From the NCBI GenBank assembly GCA_963773065.1, contig CAVYZN010000014.1, forward strand, positions 96,001-160,000: a stretch of DNA of 64,000 nucleotides, written 5' to 3'. The notes beneath the pieces are model-generated. The model was not told the origin of the DNA. It did no database searches and saw nothing but the letters and a program-made list of their open reading frames with translations. Position 1 is the stretch's first letter; each line of letters starts with the position of its first letter. This stretch comes from an uncultured Gammaproteobacteria bacterium (GTDB taxonomy: Bacteria > Pseudomonadota > Gammaproteobacteria > UBA9214). The position numbers were made by a program, and so were the translations under genes. This document shows positions 63,927-64,000 of the stretch, piece after piece.

Positions 63927-64000
63927 GGATCATTCTCAGGTTCTCATTGACACGGCGCCAAGCATAGTGGATATCGGGGTCGAACTGCTATCCTACGCCG

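Overview
GC-rich gammaproteobacterial chromosomal window, probably from a long-read or metagenome assembly: single-base indels break many genes, including essential ftsK and lolA. It contains (i) housekeeping and metabolic genes: ftsK-lolA-rarA-crcB-DUF190-serS, metH, a TSUP-USP fusion, FIST, fpr, a YadG/YadH-like ABC transporter, rnd, a CCAEP-tail radical SAM gene followed by GDPD/GlpD-like/FGGY kinase genes, yccA and tRNA-Ser(UGA); (ii) an accessory region after the tRNA; (iii) CDF and RND transporters and pta-ackA; and (iv) a decaying type I R-M island carrying IS3, IS30, TA and ATPase cassettes. The best candidate for a new system is an apparently split, Sec-exported Rhs toxin locus (27198-35209). 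A ~2,150-aa signal-peptide protein builds most of the YD shell and then continues into an Ig/Fn3/propeller stalk. The missing Rhs core and the toxin are a separate downstream gene with its own signal peptide, followed by a putative immunity gene and a relic copy of the scaffold's 3' end. Also notable are three copies of the hsdM 3' end bracketing accessory cassettes, and a ~48-bp mini-element inserted twice in hsdR (once in frame, once nested in a REP-like hairpin at a deletion breakpoint). All family calls come from motif recognition by eye; no searches were run.
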